This document shows positions 11,030 through 24,891 of a stretch of DNA of 58,453 nucleotides, piece by piece (the first letter of the stretch is position 1; each line of letters starts with the position of its first letter). The notes under the pieces were generated by a model. It did no database searches, had not been told where the DNA came from, and worked only from the letters and a program-made list of their open reading frames with translations. The DNA is taken from assembly GCA_902551185.1 (NCBI GenBank), contig CACDCN010000001.1:69049-127501 (forward strand). Reading direction: 5' to 3'. The position numbers were made by a program, and so were the translations under genes. The DNA comes from an uncultured SAR86 cluster bacterium (lineage in GTDB: Bacteria > Pseudomonadota > Gammaproteobacteria > Magnimaribacterales > D2472).

Positions 11030-12325
11030 TTGGAGCTTTGGAATAAGTGTTCTGAAAAACTTGAAAACACACTTTCTCAAGAAGATTTTAACACATGGAT
11101 AAGACCGCTTAAGGCAAGTGTTGAAAAAAACACACTAAGCCTTATTGCGCCCAATGATTTTATACTAGATTATATAGAAAAAAATCTATCAACCGAGATT
11201 ACAAAAATACTAAAAACACAATCGAAAAAGAAAATTAGTTTGGTATTTAAAACACACACAAAAGAAACATTTGTTGATAAATACAAGCCAGAATCTAAGA
11301 ACACCCAAACCAAACTTGTTGATACATATACGTTTGACAGTTTTGTTGAAGGAAAGTCAAACCATTTGGCTTTGGCCGCTGCTCAACAGGTTGCCAAAAA
11401 CCCGAAAGGTGACTACAACCCATTATTTATATATGGTGGGGTGGGTTTGGGTAAAACCCATTTAATGCATGCTGTGGGCAACCAGATCTTAAAAAACCAA
11501 CCAAAAAAAAGAATAGTTTATGTTCATTCTGAGAAGTTCGTTTCTGATATGGTCAAAGCCCTTCAGTTGGGCGCAATGAATGAATTTAAATCTTTTTATA
11601 GAAATGCTGATGCATTATTAATTGATGATATTCAATTTTTTGCTGGCAAAGAACAATCTCAAGAAGAATTTTTTCACACATTTAATGCTTTATTAGATAG
11701 AAACAATCAGATGATTTTAACTTGTGATAAATACCCAAAAGAAATAGATGGTCTTGAGGAAAGGTTAAAATCAAGGCTGGGTTGGGGGCTTCCAGTTGTA
11801 ATCGATCCACCAGAGCTAGAAACAAGAGCAGCAGTGTTGTTAAACAAATCAGCCTCCATGGGTGTTTTACTTCCAAATGATTGTGCTATATACATAGCTC
11901 AAAGAATAAGATCAAACATTAGGGAGTTAGAGGGGGCATTAAAAAGGGTTGTTGCTAACTCAAGATTTACAAATCAAGATATTGATCTAGCCCTTGTAAA
12001 AGATGCATTAAAAGACCTTTTTGTAATTTCGGCAAAAATGGTAAGCATAGAAAATATTCAAAAAACTGTCGCAGAGTATTACAACATCAAACTATCAGAC
12101 CTTCTTTCTAAAAGAAGAAGCAGGTCTATTACCAGGCCAAGACAAATGGCAATGGCTTTAACAAAAGAGCTCACAAATCACAGCCTCCCAGAAATAGGCG
12201 AAGCCTTTAATGGAAGAGATCATACAACGGTTTTGCATGCATGCAAAAAAATTATTGAATTAAGAAAGGAAAGCTCATCCCATGAAGAGGATTATAGAAA
12301 TCTAAATAGAGCTCTAACAAACTAA
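11030..12325 (+). CDS. dnaA: Chromosomal replication initiator DnaA
   Basis: [45 protein letters not shown]; TTG start after a GGAG SD. Confidence 0.98.
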   Translation: MELWNKCSEKLENTLSQEDFNTWIRPLKASVEKNTLSLIAPNDFILDYIEKNLSTEITKILKTQSKKKISLVFKTHTKETFVDKYKPESKNTQTKLVDTYTFDSFVEGKSNHLALAAAQQVAKNPKGDYNPLFIYGGVGLGKTHLMHAVGNQILKNQPKKRIVYVHSEKFVSDMVKALQLGAMNEFKSFYRNADALLIDDIQFFAGKEQSQEEFFHTFNALLDRNNQMILTCDKYPKEIDGLEERLKSRLGWGLPVVIDPPELETRAAVLLNKSASMGVLLPNDCAIYIAQRIRSNIRELEGALKRVVANSRFTNQDIDLALVKDALKDLFVISAKMVSIENIQKTVAEYYNIKLSDLLSKRRSRSITRPRQMAMALTKELTNHSLPEIGEAFNGRDHTTVLHACKKIIELRKESSSHEEDYRNLNRALTN

Positions 12326-13428
12326 TGGATTTTTACATATCAAAAGAAGAGGTTGTTAAATCCCTTAATGCCACACTGGGTGTCGTGGAAAAAAGACAAA
12401 CACTTCCGATTCTTTCTAATGTCTTGCTTGAGGTGGATGAGAGCTCTTTAAAGATCACCGCCACAGACTTGGAAAGTGAAATATCAACAACATCAACCAT
12501 CTCTAACTTTAAAAGTGGTGGCAAAACAACAGCCCCAGCTAGAAAACTTAATGATTTATGCAGATTGCTGCCTGATTTAACAGAAATTCACCTTTTTTTG
12601 GATGGTGATAACCTAAAGATTGAGACAGAATCAGGAAAATATAACATCTCTACTCTACCTAGCGAGGATTTTCCTATTTTTGAGCTTGAGGAAGCAAAAT
12701 CACAAATTAACATCTCATCAAAGAATTTAAAATCAATAATTTCTAATACATCTTTTGCAATGGGGAACCAAGATTGGAGACATTATCTAAATGGCCTTTA
12801 TTTGTCGGTTGATGACAAAAGCATTACAGCTGTTGCAACCGATGCTCATAGACTAGCATTAGAATCAGCAACATTAAATGAGGCAATATCAGAAAGTATA
12901 GATGGAATAGTTCCTAGAAAATCTATAAATGAAATAGGCAAGCTTGTTGGCGATGAGTCAGAAAATGTTGTCATTAAATTGGGGCAAACATCAATTGCAA
13001 TTAATATTGCTGGAACAACATTTGTCAGCAAATTAATCGAAGGTAAATTTCCTGACTATGAACAAGTTATTCCTTCTGGTGAAAGTTCATTATTAGTAGT
13101 TGATAGAAAAATGTTTTCAGAAAGCTTAAGTAGGGTGAGTGTTTTATCCAGTGAAAAATATAAAGGGGTAAAATTTTTAACAAAAGAAAACTCTCTTAAT
13201 ATTTCTGCAAACAATCCTGAAAAAGAGCAAGGCGAAGAAAATTTAGCTTGTGAATATAAGGGCGAAGAAATCGATATAGCTTTTAATGTTAATTATTTAC
13301 AGGAAATATTGTCTACAATAAATTCTGACAAAATAGAGATTAGTTTTTTTGGATCAGATAAGAGTTGTTTAATAACAAATCCAACAAACAATGATCTTAA
13401 ATATGTTGTTATGCCACTATTAATATAA
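12325..13428 (+). CDS. dnaN: DNA polymerase III beta clamp
   Basis: TLPILSNVLL, ATDLE, ATDAHRLA, GKFPDY, C-terminal YVVMPL. Confidence 0.97.
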   Translation: MDFYISKEEVVKSLNATLGVVEKRQTLPILSNVLLEVDESSLKITATDLESEISTTSTISNFKSGGKTTAPARKLNDLCRLLPDLTEIHLFLDGDNLKIETESGKYNISTLPSEDFPIFELEEAKSQINISSKNLKSIISNTSFAMGNQDWRHYLNGLYLSVDDKSITAVATDAHRLALESATLNEAISESIDGIVPRKSINEIGKLVGDESENVVIKLGQTSIAINIAGTTFVSKLIEGKFPDYEQVIPSGESSLLVVDRKMFSESLSRVSVLSSEKYKGVKFLTKENSLNISANNPEKEQGEENLACEYKGEEIDIAFNVNYLQEILSTINSDKIEISFFGSDKSCLITNPTNNDLKYVVMPLLI

Positions 13429-13429
13429 A

Positions 13430-17131
<3,702 letters not shown>

Positions 17132-17132
17132 T

Positions 17133-18479
17133 TTATGACTGTATTTTGCCTTTTAAATATTCTGATAACTCATTAATATCTAATCTAGATTGATTCATTG
17201 TATCTCTATCTCTAATAGTTACTGTATTATCTTCTAGTGACTCAAAGTCTACTGTAATACAAACCGGGGTACCAATTTCATCATGTCTTCTGTATCCCTT
17301 TCCAATATTACCTGTATTTTCGAGAAAAATTCGTCCTAAGCCAATAATTTGAAGGTCTTCTTTTATTTTTTTGGCTTTACTAACAAGCTCCTCATTGTTC
17401 TTCTTAAGGGGAATTACAGCTGCCTTTATTGGGGAAAGATGAGGTTTCAGTTTTAAGACTATTCTAGTTTTACCATCTTCAAGCTTTTCATTTGTATATG
17501 CTTCATTTAAAATTGCTAGAAAACCCCTTTCAACTCCAGCAGAAGGCTCAATAACAAAAGGAACAACCCAATCTCCATTGTCATCTTGAACGGCAAGCTT
17601 ACTATTAGAATCCTTATTAACTGTGACCTTAGATTTTATATTTAGTTCTTTTTGTTTTTTAGAGTGTGATCCTAAGTCAAAATCAGTCCTATTTGCAATA
17701 CCCTCAAGCTCCTCAACACCGTGTGGAAACTTGTACATTATATCTACTGTTTTCTTTGAGTAGTGTGCAAGCTCGTCTTTGGGTACATCATAAATCTCTA
17801 TACTTTCTGTGGGTACACCTTGATTATTCCACCATTCTATCCTATTTTGTACCCATAAATTATGAGCTTCTTCATCTTTACCAGGGCTAACAAAATACTC
17901 TAATTCCATTTGCTCAAATTCTCTAACTCTAAAAATAAAGTTTCTAGGCGTAATTTCATTTCTAAAAGCTTTTCCAATTTGAGCTATTCCGAAAGGAAGA
18001 GAGTTAGAAGTTGAATCTAGGACATTTTTAAAATTCGTGAAGATTTGTTGAGCTGTTTCTGGCCTCAAATAAGCAAAGGTGGATCCATCTTCTATAGGCC
18101 CTACATTAGTTTTGAACATTAGATTAAACTGTCTTGGCTCTGTTAAATCTTCTTTTTTACAACTATCAGGTACTTGATCTGCTCTAAATCTTAAATTACA
18201 GGATTTACAATCAACCATTGGGTCTGAAAACGTATCCTCATGTCCAGAATACTTTAAAATCAATGGGTTTGTAAGTATGGCCGCATCAATACCTTCAATA
18301 TTGTCATTTTCATAAATCATAGACTTCCACCAGGAGCTCTTTAAGTTATTTTTTAACTCAACCCCAAGCGGCCCATAATCATAAACTCCTTGTAAACCAC
18401 CATAAATTTCAGCTGATTGATATATAAAACCCCTTCTTTTGCAAAGAGCTACCAGCTCATCCATATTTTTAGCAGCCAA
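17133..18479 (-). CDS. glyQS: Glycine--tRNA ligase, homodimeric alpha2 (GlyRS-1) type
   Basis: [47 protein letters not shown], anticodon domain [14 protein letters not shown]. Confidence 0.95.
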   Translation of the reverse strand: MAAKNMDELVALCKRRGFIYQSAEIYGGLQGVYDYGPLGVELKNNLKSSWWKSMIYENDNIEGIDAAILTNPLILKYSGHEDTFSDPMVDCKSCNLRFRADQVPDSCKKEDLTEPRQFNLMFKTNVGPIEDGSTFAYLRPETAQQIFTNFKNVLDSTSNSLPFGIAQIGKAFRNEITPRNFIFRVREFEQMELEYFVSPGKDEEAHNLWVQNRIEWWNNQGVPTESIEIYDVPKDELAHYSKKTVDIMYKFPHGVEELEGIANRTDFDLGSHSKKQKELNIKSKVTVNKDSNSKLAVQDDNGDWVVPFVIEPSAGVERGFLAILNEAYTNEKLEDGKTRIVLKLKPHLSPIKAAVIPLKKNNEELVSKAKKIKEDLQIIGLGRIFLENTGNIGKGYRRHDEIGTPVCITVDFESLEDNTVTIRDRDTMNQSRLDINELSEYLKGKIQS

Positions 18480-18599
18480 TTATGATTCTCCAGTATAAGT
18501 AGACATTTGTCTATTTAAGATTAATTAGTATTTCCCGTTAACTTTTATTTACAACTATTATATTATCTTATGATTATATATCATGCACAACAATAGTTT

Positions 18600-19466
18600 A
18601 TGATGAAATCATTATTTTATACATTATCTCTTATCCCAAAACCTTTATTCTCTTACTTTGTTGATATTTATTTATTTTTTAAGATGTACAAATTATCTTC
18701 ATCATACAAAATAACAAAAATAAATTTAGAGATTGCTTTACCAGACGTTAAAACTAAAGAAATTGAGCTAATGTCTAAGCTCAGTATTCGAGAATCAATA
18801 ATATCTGGTTATGAGACTATATATACATGGGGCAGAAAAGATTTTGATTCAAATAATCATATATTTAAAATAGAAAATAATTTTTTATTAAATTCTTTAT
18901 CAAATCAAAAACAGGGCCTTATTGCTGTCGCTTTTCATAACAGAAGTGTTGATATGTTACTTAAGTGGATCAATTCTCAAGTTAAAACTATTAGTTTATA
19001 CAAGAAAATTAAAATCAAATTGCTTAGTAACTTTGTTAAGAAAGATAGAGAGGCGGAGGGCTCTAAAACTTTTGAAACTTCAATAGGTGGAGTGAGAGAA
19101 ATGCTTAAGGCTCTTAATGAAAGAAAAGTAGTTGTATTTGCTGCTGACCAGGTACCCAAAAGGGGCCTTGGAGAATATATAAAATTCTTTAACAAAGAGG
19201 CTTATACAACAACCCTTGTACAGTCTCTTGCTACTAAAACAGGCTCTCCAGTAATTTATTTTTATATAAAATCCAACCCAAGAAACTTTTTATCAGTTAC
19301 ATTAAAACGATGTAATAACAGTATATATGATGATAGTAAGCACAAACTATTATTAAATCAAGATATAGAAATGATGATAAAAGAAAGGCTCATAGATTAC
19401 TCTTGGGAATATAAAAGATTTAGAAGAAGTAAAGAAGTAAATGAAAACCCATATATTGATATATAA
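18600..19466 (+). CDS. Lipid A late acyltransferase (LpxL/HtrB family)
   Basis: H-x4-D (HNRSVD), AADQVP, FFNK and YSWEYKRFR motifs; syntenic with the Pseudomonas htrB-like gene. Confidence 0.75.
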   Translation: MMKSLFYTLSLIPKPLFSYFVDIYLFFKMYKLSSSYKITKINLEIALPDVKTKEIELMSKLSIRESIISGYETIYTWGRKDFDSNNHIFKIENNFLLNSLSNQKQGLIAVAFHNRSVDMLLKWINSQVKTISLYKKIKIKLLSNFVKKDREAEGSKTFETSIGGVREMLKALNERKVVVFAADQVPKRGLGEYIKFFNKEAYTTTLVQSLATKTGSPVIYFYIKSNPRNFLSVTLKRCNNSIYDDSKHKLLLNQDIEMMIKERLIDYSWEYKRFRRSKEVNENPYIDI

Positions 19467-20903
19467 CTATTTCGCCCAGAACATGGGGGTAAGAATCACA
19501 AGCAAAGTAAATATCTCTAAACGGCCTAAAAGCATAGCAAAAGCTAGAATACCTTTTGTAAAAGAGCTAATGCTTGAATAGTTTTCTGAAACAACTCCAA
19601 GACCAGGACCAAGATTATTCAAACATGCGCCTACTGCTGAGAACGCAGACTCAAAATCCAAGCCAGAGATCAATGTAATTAATAAAAGAATAACAAAAGA
19701 AATAACATATATTGAGAAAAAGCCCCAAACAGATGTAGCCACTTGATCGTCAACACTTTTGGTTCCTATTTTTAATGATAATACTGAATTTGGATGGATT
19801 ATTTTCATAATATTTTTATATGCATGATTTAACATTATTAAAACTCTCCATGACTTAACACCTCCTCCAACAGAGCCAGAACAAGCCCCAATAAAAGCAC
19901 CTATTAATAATAAAAATGATATTGAAAAAGGCCAATCAGTTGAGTTTGATATTGAAAAACCTGTGGTTGTTAGCATGGAAACACTATGAAACAATATTTC
20001 TCTTGATGATGGCGAATTATTTACATTATTAAAAGTTGATAGCAACAATGATATTACTATTATTAGCAATAATATTGAAAAAAAGAATCTTAGCTCTGGG
20101 TCATAAATATATTTTAATGGTTTTTTTTTGTATATTGCGAAATAGTGAAGAGTAAAACTAAATGCAGATAGAAGCATGAAAGTTATGCATATTAGTTCTA
20201 TTGAAAAGCTATTAAAGAATCCAATACTTTCATCATGGGTCGAAAAACCACCTATCGCTACTGTAGACATAGCATGAGATACAGCATCAAACATACTCAT
20301 ACCGTTTATATAATATAAGAGTGCACATACAACAGTAAGGCCAAAATAAATTGACCATAATGCTTGAGCAGTCTCTTTGATTCTAGGGGTTAATCTTTGT
20401 TCTCCCATTGCCCCAGGTATCTCAGTTTTATAAATTTGACCACCTCCAATTCCTAACAATGGCATAACTGCTATAGCAAGAACTATTAAGCCCATTCCCC
20501 CCATCCATTGTAATAATTGCCTATAAAATAATAATGACTCAGGCAGGGCTTCAATATTTGAGATTGCTGTTGCTCCTGTTGTTGTTATTCCAGACATTGA
20601 TTCAAATATTGAATCTATTCCTGACATTCCGCTTAGATAAAAAGGAATTGATCCAGCAAGAGACAAAACTATCCAAAAAAGAACAATTATTACAAAGCCA
20701 TCTTTTTGTGAGAGATTGTTGTCGGCCCCTCTAGTCATAAATGTACCTAGTGAACCGAGCAGGGCAACAAGAATTAAAGTTATAATAAATATTTTTAATG
20801 CGCCATCGTTAAAGATAATAGAAACTACTATAGGCAATACATAAGAAAAGCTAAAAAATAAAATTAATATACTAAAAAGATTTAATATTGATTTTAAGTT
20901 CAT
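19467..20903 (-). CDS. trkH: Trk K+ uptake permease
   Basis: Four pore loops: SGITTTG, TVAIGGF, TTTGF, NNLGPG; MLLGRLEI. Confidence 0.96.
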   Translation of the reverse strand: MNLKSILNLFSILILFFSFSYVLPIVVSIIFNDGALKIFIITLILVALLGSLGTFMTRGADNNLSQKDGFVIIVLFWIVLSLAGSIPFYLSGMSGIDSIFESMSGITTTGATAISNIEALPESLLFYRQLLQWMGGMGLIVLAIAVMPLLGIGGGQIYKTEIPGAMGEQRLTPRIKETAQALWSIYFGLTVVCALLYYINGMSMFDAVSHAMSTVAIGGFSTHDESIGFFNSFSIELICITFMLLSAFSFTLHYFAIYKKKPLKYIYDPELRFFFSILLLIIVISLLLSTFNNVNNSPSSREILFHSVSMLTTTGFSISNSTDWPFSISFLLLIGAFIGACSGSVGGGVKSWRVLIMLNHAYKNIMKIIHPNSVLSLKIGTKSVDDQVATSVWGFFSIYVISFVILLLITLISGLDFESAFSAVGACLNNLGPGLGVVSENYSSISSFTKGILAFAMLLGRLEIFTLLVILTPMFWAK

Positions 20904-22258
20904 TATTTAGTTTTAAACAAAATCTCAACTTCAGACATAACCTTTTTATCAGATAAGAACATAATTAGATGGTCATTTATAGAAAGATCAACGTCGGAGG
21001 TTGGCATTATTAATTGATCATTCCTAATAACTGCCCCGATAGAAACTCCCTCAGGCAAGGGTATATCTTTTATAGGCTTCCCAAATAAATTTGAAGTAAA
21101 TTCATTTGCATGCACTATACCTTCTATTGCCTCAGCTCCAGTATCCATTTTTAATATTACATCTTGGGCTACATCACTTTCTCTAAGGTCTTGCAGTACA
21201 GATGAAACAGTCAGCCTATAAGGCGCTATATAAATATCTATAAAGCCAGGAACCAGCCCTAAGTAAGATGGGTTGTTTAAAATAATCATTGTTTTCTTAG
21301 CGCCCATTTTTTTAGCAAGCAGTGAAGACATCAGATTAGTCTCATCATCGTTTGTAAGAGCACAAAAAATATCTATATTTGAAATATTTTCACTCTTAAG
21401 AAGGTCTTCATCAGTTGCCGATCCATGTAAAACAATTGTTTTATCTAATTTTTTTGATAAGGCAGAACATTTAGTCTCATTTGATTCAATTAATTTAGTT
21501 TTATATGAGCCCTCAATTTCTTTTGCCAATGAAGAACCTATTTTCCCACCGCCTACAATCATTACTCTTGAATAAATATCTTCTGGGTCTCGAAACTCAT
21601 TAACAATCTCATCAATATTAGAAGCAGAAGAAATAAAGTATATTTCATCATTTTCTTTAATTATTGAATCACCCGAAGGAATAAAGGGTTTTCCCTTTCT
21701 ATAAATAGATGCTACAAAAGCATCAGTATCTGGCATGTCATCTTTGATACCTTTAAGCTCTCTTCCAACAAGCTTGCCCTTTTTCTTTGCTTTTACATTC
21801 ACTAGATTAACTTTGCCATCAGCAAAATTTTCAATCTGCTGAGCTCCTGGGTGAAATATAAGCTCTTTAAGGTGTGTCATGACCTCATTTTCAGGACTAA
21901 TTACAATATCAATGACTTTTTCACCAAAAATCTCTAGATCTTCAGAATAAGACTCTTCAGTTAGCCTACAGATAGTCTTATTAACTTTAAACTTTCTTTT
22001 GGCAATTTGGCAGCCAATAATATTTACTTGATCATCTGAAGTTACAGCTATAACCGTTGTTGAATCATCAGCTCCAGCTTTTTTTATTGATATTGGATGT
22101 GCTGCATGACCTTCCACAGTCATAATATCTAGATTTTCTTCTAAAGATGATAATGCGCTTTTATCAAGATCTATAACAGATACATCATAACCATTATCAA
22201 CTAGCTCTCTAGCCAAACTTCCTCCAACACGCCCAGCACCCAAAATTAGTATCTTCAT
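20903..22258 (-). CDS. trkA: Trk K+ uptake NAD-binding subunit
   Basis: Two RCK Rossmann folds (GAGRVG, GGGKIG); LTNDDETN. Confidence 0.96.
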   Translation of the reverse strand: MKILILGAGRVGGSLARELVDNGYDVSVIDLDKSALSSLEENLDIMTVEGHAAHPISIKKAGADDSTTVIAVTSDDQVNIIGCQIAKRKFKVNKTICRLTEESYSEDLEIFGEKVIDIVISPENEVMTHLKELIFHPGAQQIENFADGKVNLVNVKAKKKGKLVGRELKGIKDDMPDTDAFVASIYRKGKPFIPSGDSIIKENDEIYFISSASNIDEIVNEFRDPEDIYSRVMIVGGGKIGSSLAKEIEGSYKTKLIESNETKCSALSKKLDKTIVLHGSATDEDLLKSENISNIDIFCALTNDDETNLMSSLLAKKMGAKKTMIILNNPSYLGLVPGFIDIYIAPYRLTVSSVLQDLRESDVAQDVILKMDTGAEAIEGIVHANEFTSNLFGKPIKDIPLPEGVSIGAVIRNDQLIMPTSDVDLSINDHLIMFLSDKKVMSEVEILFKTK

Positions 22259-22314
22259 ATGGTGTAAATTAAACCTCTTTTTAAATAATTCAAGAGTTAA
22301 GTTAAAAATAAATT

Positions 22315-23235
22315 TTATTTAAAAAACTCTTTATTAGAGTTATAAGCATCCAAGGAAGAGATAGGATTTTTATTTGGAAACTGTAAGTGAGTAATTACTA
22401 TCACAGAATCACTAGTATTTATGAATAAACCTTTCTTATTAAATTTATAAATTGTGCCAGGTTTATCACCGGTAATTATTTTTGCTTCTTCAATTCCATG
22501 TATTTTAATTTTTATATCTTTGTAGATAAAAGAAGTCCCAGGCCAACCATAAAAAGCTCTAAATTTATTAATTATATTTCTTGCTGTGTCATTAAAATCA
22601 ATGACAGAGTCTGACTTTTTAATCTTCTTACAATAAGTAGCATTCGAATGATCTTGTTCTTTTGCAACTATCTTGCTAGATTTCATCAAATCTAATGTAC
22701 GAGGTAATTCAATAATGGATTTATTAGTTAATTTTTTTTCAAGTGTTAATTTATTATCTTCTGGATCAATCCTTACATTAAATGATGAGAGTATTTCCCC
22801 TGCATCTAAATCTTCTGACATTTTAATAATTGATATACCACTGCTTTCATCTCCATTTAGAAGCGCTGACTGAATTGGAGACGCCCCCCTATATTTTGGT
22901 AATATTGAGAAATGTACGTTAATAGATGATACCTTTGGCAATTCAAGTAACCAAGATGGGATAATTTTTCCATATGCTATTACAACCAAAAAATCTATAT
23001 CCAATGACCCTAGAGTTTTTTTAGTGTTATTTGAGTTTAGGTTTTCTGGCTTAAAAACATCAAAATTATATTTTTTAGCTGCATGAGCAACAGGAGACTC
23101 TATAAGATTATTGCCTCTTTTCCCCTTTTTATCTGGCTGGGTTAACACACCTTTGATATTAAAAGGCTTCATATTGGCCAAATAGAGTAGTATCTGAGCA
23201 GCGTTATTGGGTGTTCCAGCAAATAAAATATTCAT
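22315..23235 (-). CDS. fmt: Methionyl-tRNA formyltransferase
   Basis: FAGTP, TQPDK, NVHFSILPKYRGASPIQ, LDAG. Confidence 0.96.
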   Translation of the reverse strand: MNILFAGTPNNAAQILLYLANMKPFNIKGVLTQPDKKGKRGNNLIESPVAHAAKKYNFDVFKPENLNSNNTKKTLGSLDIDFLVVIAYGKIIPSWLLELPKVSSINVHFSILPKYRGASPIQSALLNGDESSGISIIKMSEDLDAGEILSSFNVRIDPEDNKLTLEKKLTNKSIIELPRTLDLMKSSKIVAKEQDHSNATYCKKIKKSDSVIDFNDTARNIINKFRAFYGWPGTSFIYKDIKIKIHGIEEAKIITGDKPGTIYKFNKKGLFINTSDSVIVITHLQFPNKNPISSLDAYNSNKEFFK

Positions 23236-23240
23236 AAAAT

Positions 23241-23275
23241 CTTTTATTATCTTTTATTATCTTTTATATTCTTTT
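23241..23275. repeat. Short tandem repeat of a 10-mer (CTTTTATTAT x2, CTTTTATATT, CTTTT) at the def stop / fmt junction
   Basis: Read directly from the sequence. Confidence 0.6.
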
Positions 23276-23763
23276 AAAAGTTTGTTTCTAACCCTATCTC
23301 TTTTCAGTGCACTTACATAATCAACCATTAGTTTTCCTTCTAAATGGTCAATTTCATGCTGAATACATACTGTTAGAAGGCCTTCAGGCTGATCAACATG
23401 CTTATTTCCATCTAAATCCTGCCATCTTAATTCAATTTTATCAGGGCGGGCTATGACCTCATTAAAACCGGGAATAGAAAGACATCCTTCTTCAAACTCA
23501 TATAGGCTATGATTTTCAAGAGTTTTGTATGTTGGATTTATAAATATTCTGGGATCATCTTTATTTTCTGATAAATCCATAACAATAAGTCTTATATGCT
23601 GGTCTACCTGGGTAGCAGCTAGACCTATGCCATTTGCATCATACATTGTCTTTAACATAGAATTTGCTAAATTTTCTAGACTTTTGTCGAATTTTGTAAT
23701 TTTCTTAGCAACTTTTCTTAATCTTGGGTCTGGAAAGATTAATATTTTTAAATTTTTAGCCAT
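23257..23763 (-). CDS. def: Peptide deformylase
   Basis: GIGLAATQ, EGCLS and QHEIDHL motifs. Confidence 0.97.
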   Translation of the reverse strand: MAKNLKILIFPDPRLRKVAKKITKFDKSLENLANSMLKTMYDANGIGLAATQVDQHIRLIVMDLSENKDDPRIFINPTYKTLENHSLYEFEEGCLSIPGFNEVIARPDKIELRWQDLDGNKHVDQPEGLLTVCIQHEIDHLEGKLMVDYVSALKRDRVRNKLLKEYKR

Positions 23764-23827
23764 AAACCTTATTTTTTCATTATAATTGCGAGATTATAAT
23801 CTAGTTAATTATTTAAGAGTACAAAAA

Positions 23828-24328
23828 ATGACAAATCAAGCAATACAAGTAGCAATAATTATGGGATCTGACTCAGATTTACCCATTGTAGAAGCAATTT
23901 TCCCAATTTTAGACTCATTTGGAGTTAAATTTACTAAAAACGTTATGTCTGCGCATAGAACACCGCATGATGTTATGGAGTTAATAAAAAACTCAGAAGA
24001 AAATGGTTGCAAGGTATTTATTGCAGCTGCAGGCATGGCAGCCCATTTAGCAGGTGCTGTTGCTGCTCATTCTACTAGGCCGGTGATAGGTATTCCCATT
24101 GAATCTGGTGGTATGGGTGGTATCGATTCATTATTATCTACTGCAATGATGCCACCAGGAGTTCCAGTTGCAACAGTTGCAGTTGGTAAAAGTGGAGCTA
24201 AAAACAGTGCAATATTAGCTGTTCAGATTCTTGCAACAAGTGATGATGATCTTGCTAAAAAACTTATCGAGTATAAACAAAATATGAGATCTGAGGTTTT
24301 AGAAAAAGATAAAAAGCTAAACTCATAA
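23828..24328 (+). CDS. purE: N5-carboxyaminoimidazole ribonucleotide mutase PurE
   Basis: MGSDSD, SAHRTP, AGMAAHLAG, MPPGVPVATV; ATG at 23828 preferred over the upstream TTG at 23786. Confidence 0.95.
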   Translation: MTNQAIQVAIIMGSDSDLPIVEAIFPILDSFGVKFTKNVMSAHRTPHDVMELIKNSEENGCKVFIAAAGMAAHLAGAVAAHSTRPVIGIPIESGGMGGIDSLLSTAMMPPGVPVATVAVGKSGAKNSAILAVQILATSDDDLAKKLIEYKQNMRSEVLEKDKKLNS

Positions 24329-24889
24329 TTGAAACACAAATCTTTAAATTTAGAGTCATCTGTAGAGTGGCTTAAGGAAGGAAAAATTTTAATACATCCA
24401 ACTGAATCAGTTTGGGGGCTTGGTTGTGATGCATTCAACCCAAAGGCTGTTAACGATATATTTAAAATAAAAAAGAGAAGTAAAAACAAGAGCTTTATTT
24501 TGCTTACAAAGTCCTTAGAATCTGTTGAAAATTACCTCCAAGATATAAATAAAGAAGAAATAAAATACTTACACAAATATTGGCCTGGACCTTACACATT
24601 TCTAATTAAATATAATGATAAATTACCAAAACATTTATGGAATGAAACAAATAAAATAGCTATAAGAGTGAGTAATCACTTACCTATAAAGTCATTGTTT
24701 AATCGATTCTCAGGTTTTATGGTATCTACATCAGCAAATATATCTGGACAGAAGAACTTACAAAAACCAGAAGAGATTATTAATTTTTTTGAACATGATG
24801 GGATGGCATACTATGATGAATTATTGGGCACAAATAAAAGCCCTTCCAGAATAATTGATTTAGAAACTAAAGCTGTTATACGAGCATAA
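24329..24889 (+). CDS. tsaC: L-threonylcarbamoyladenylate synthase (YrdC/TsaC)
   Basis: PTESVWGLGC, KKR, WPGPYT, STSANISG. Confidence 0.92.
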   Translation: MKHKSLNLESSVEWLKEGKILIHPTESVWGLGCDAFNPKAVNDIFKIKKRSKNKSFILLTKSLESVENYLQDINKEEIKYLHKYWPGPYTFLIKYNDKLPKHLWNETNKIAIRVSNHLPIKSLFNRFSGFMVSTSANISGQKNLQKPEEIINFFEHDGMAYYDELLGTNKSPSRIIDLETKAVIRA

Positions 24890-24891
24890 AA

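Noticed and set aside
23241-23275. 10-bp tandem repeat as a regulatory or phase-variable element
   Set aside because: Low-complexity micro-duplication at the def stop with both reading frames intact; no evidence of function
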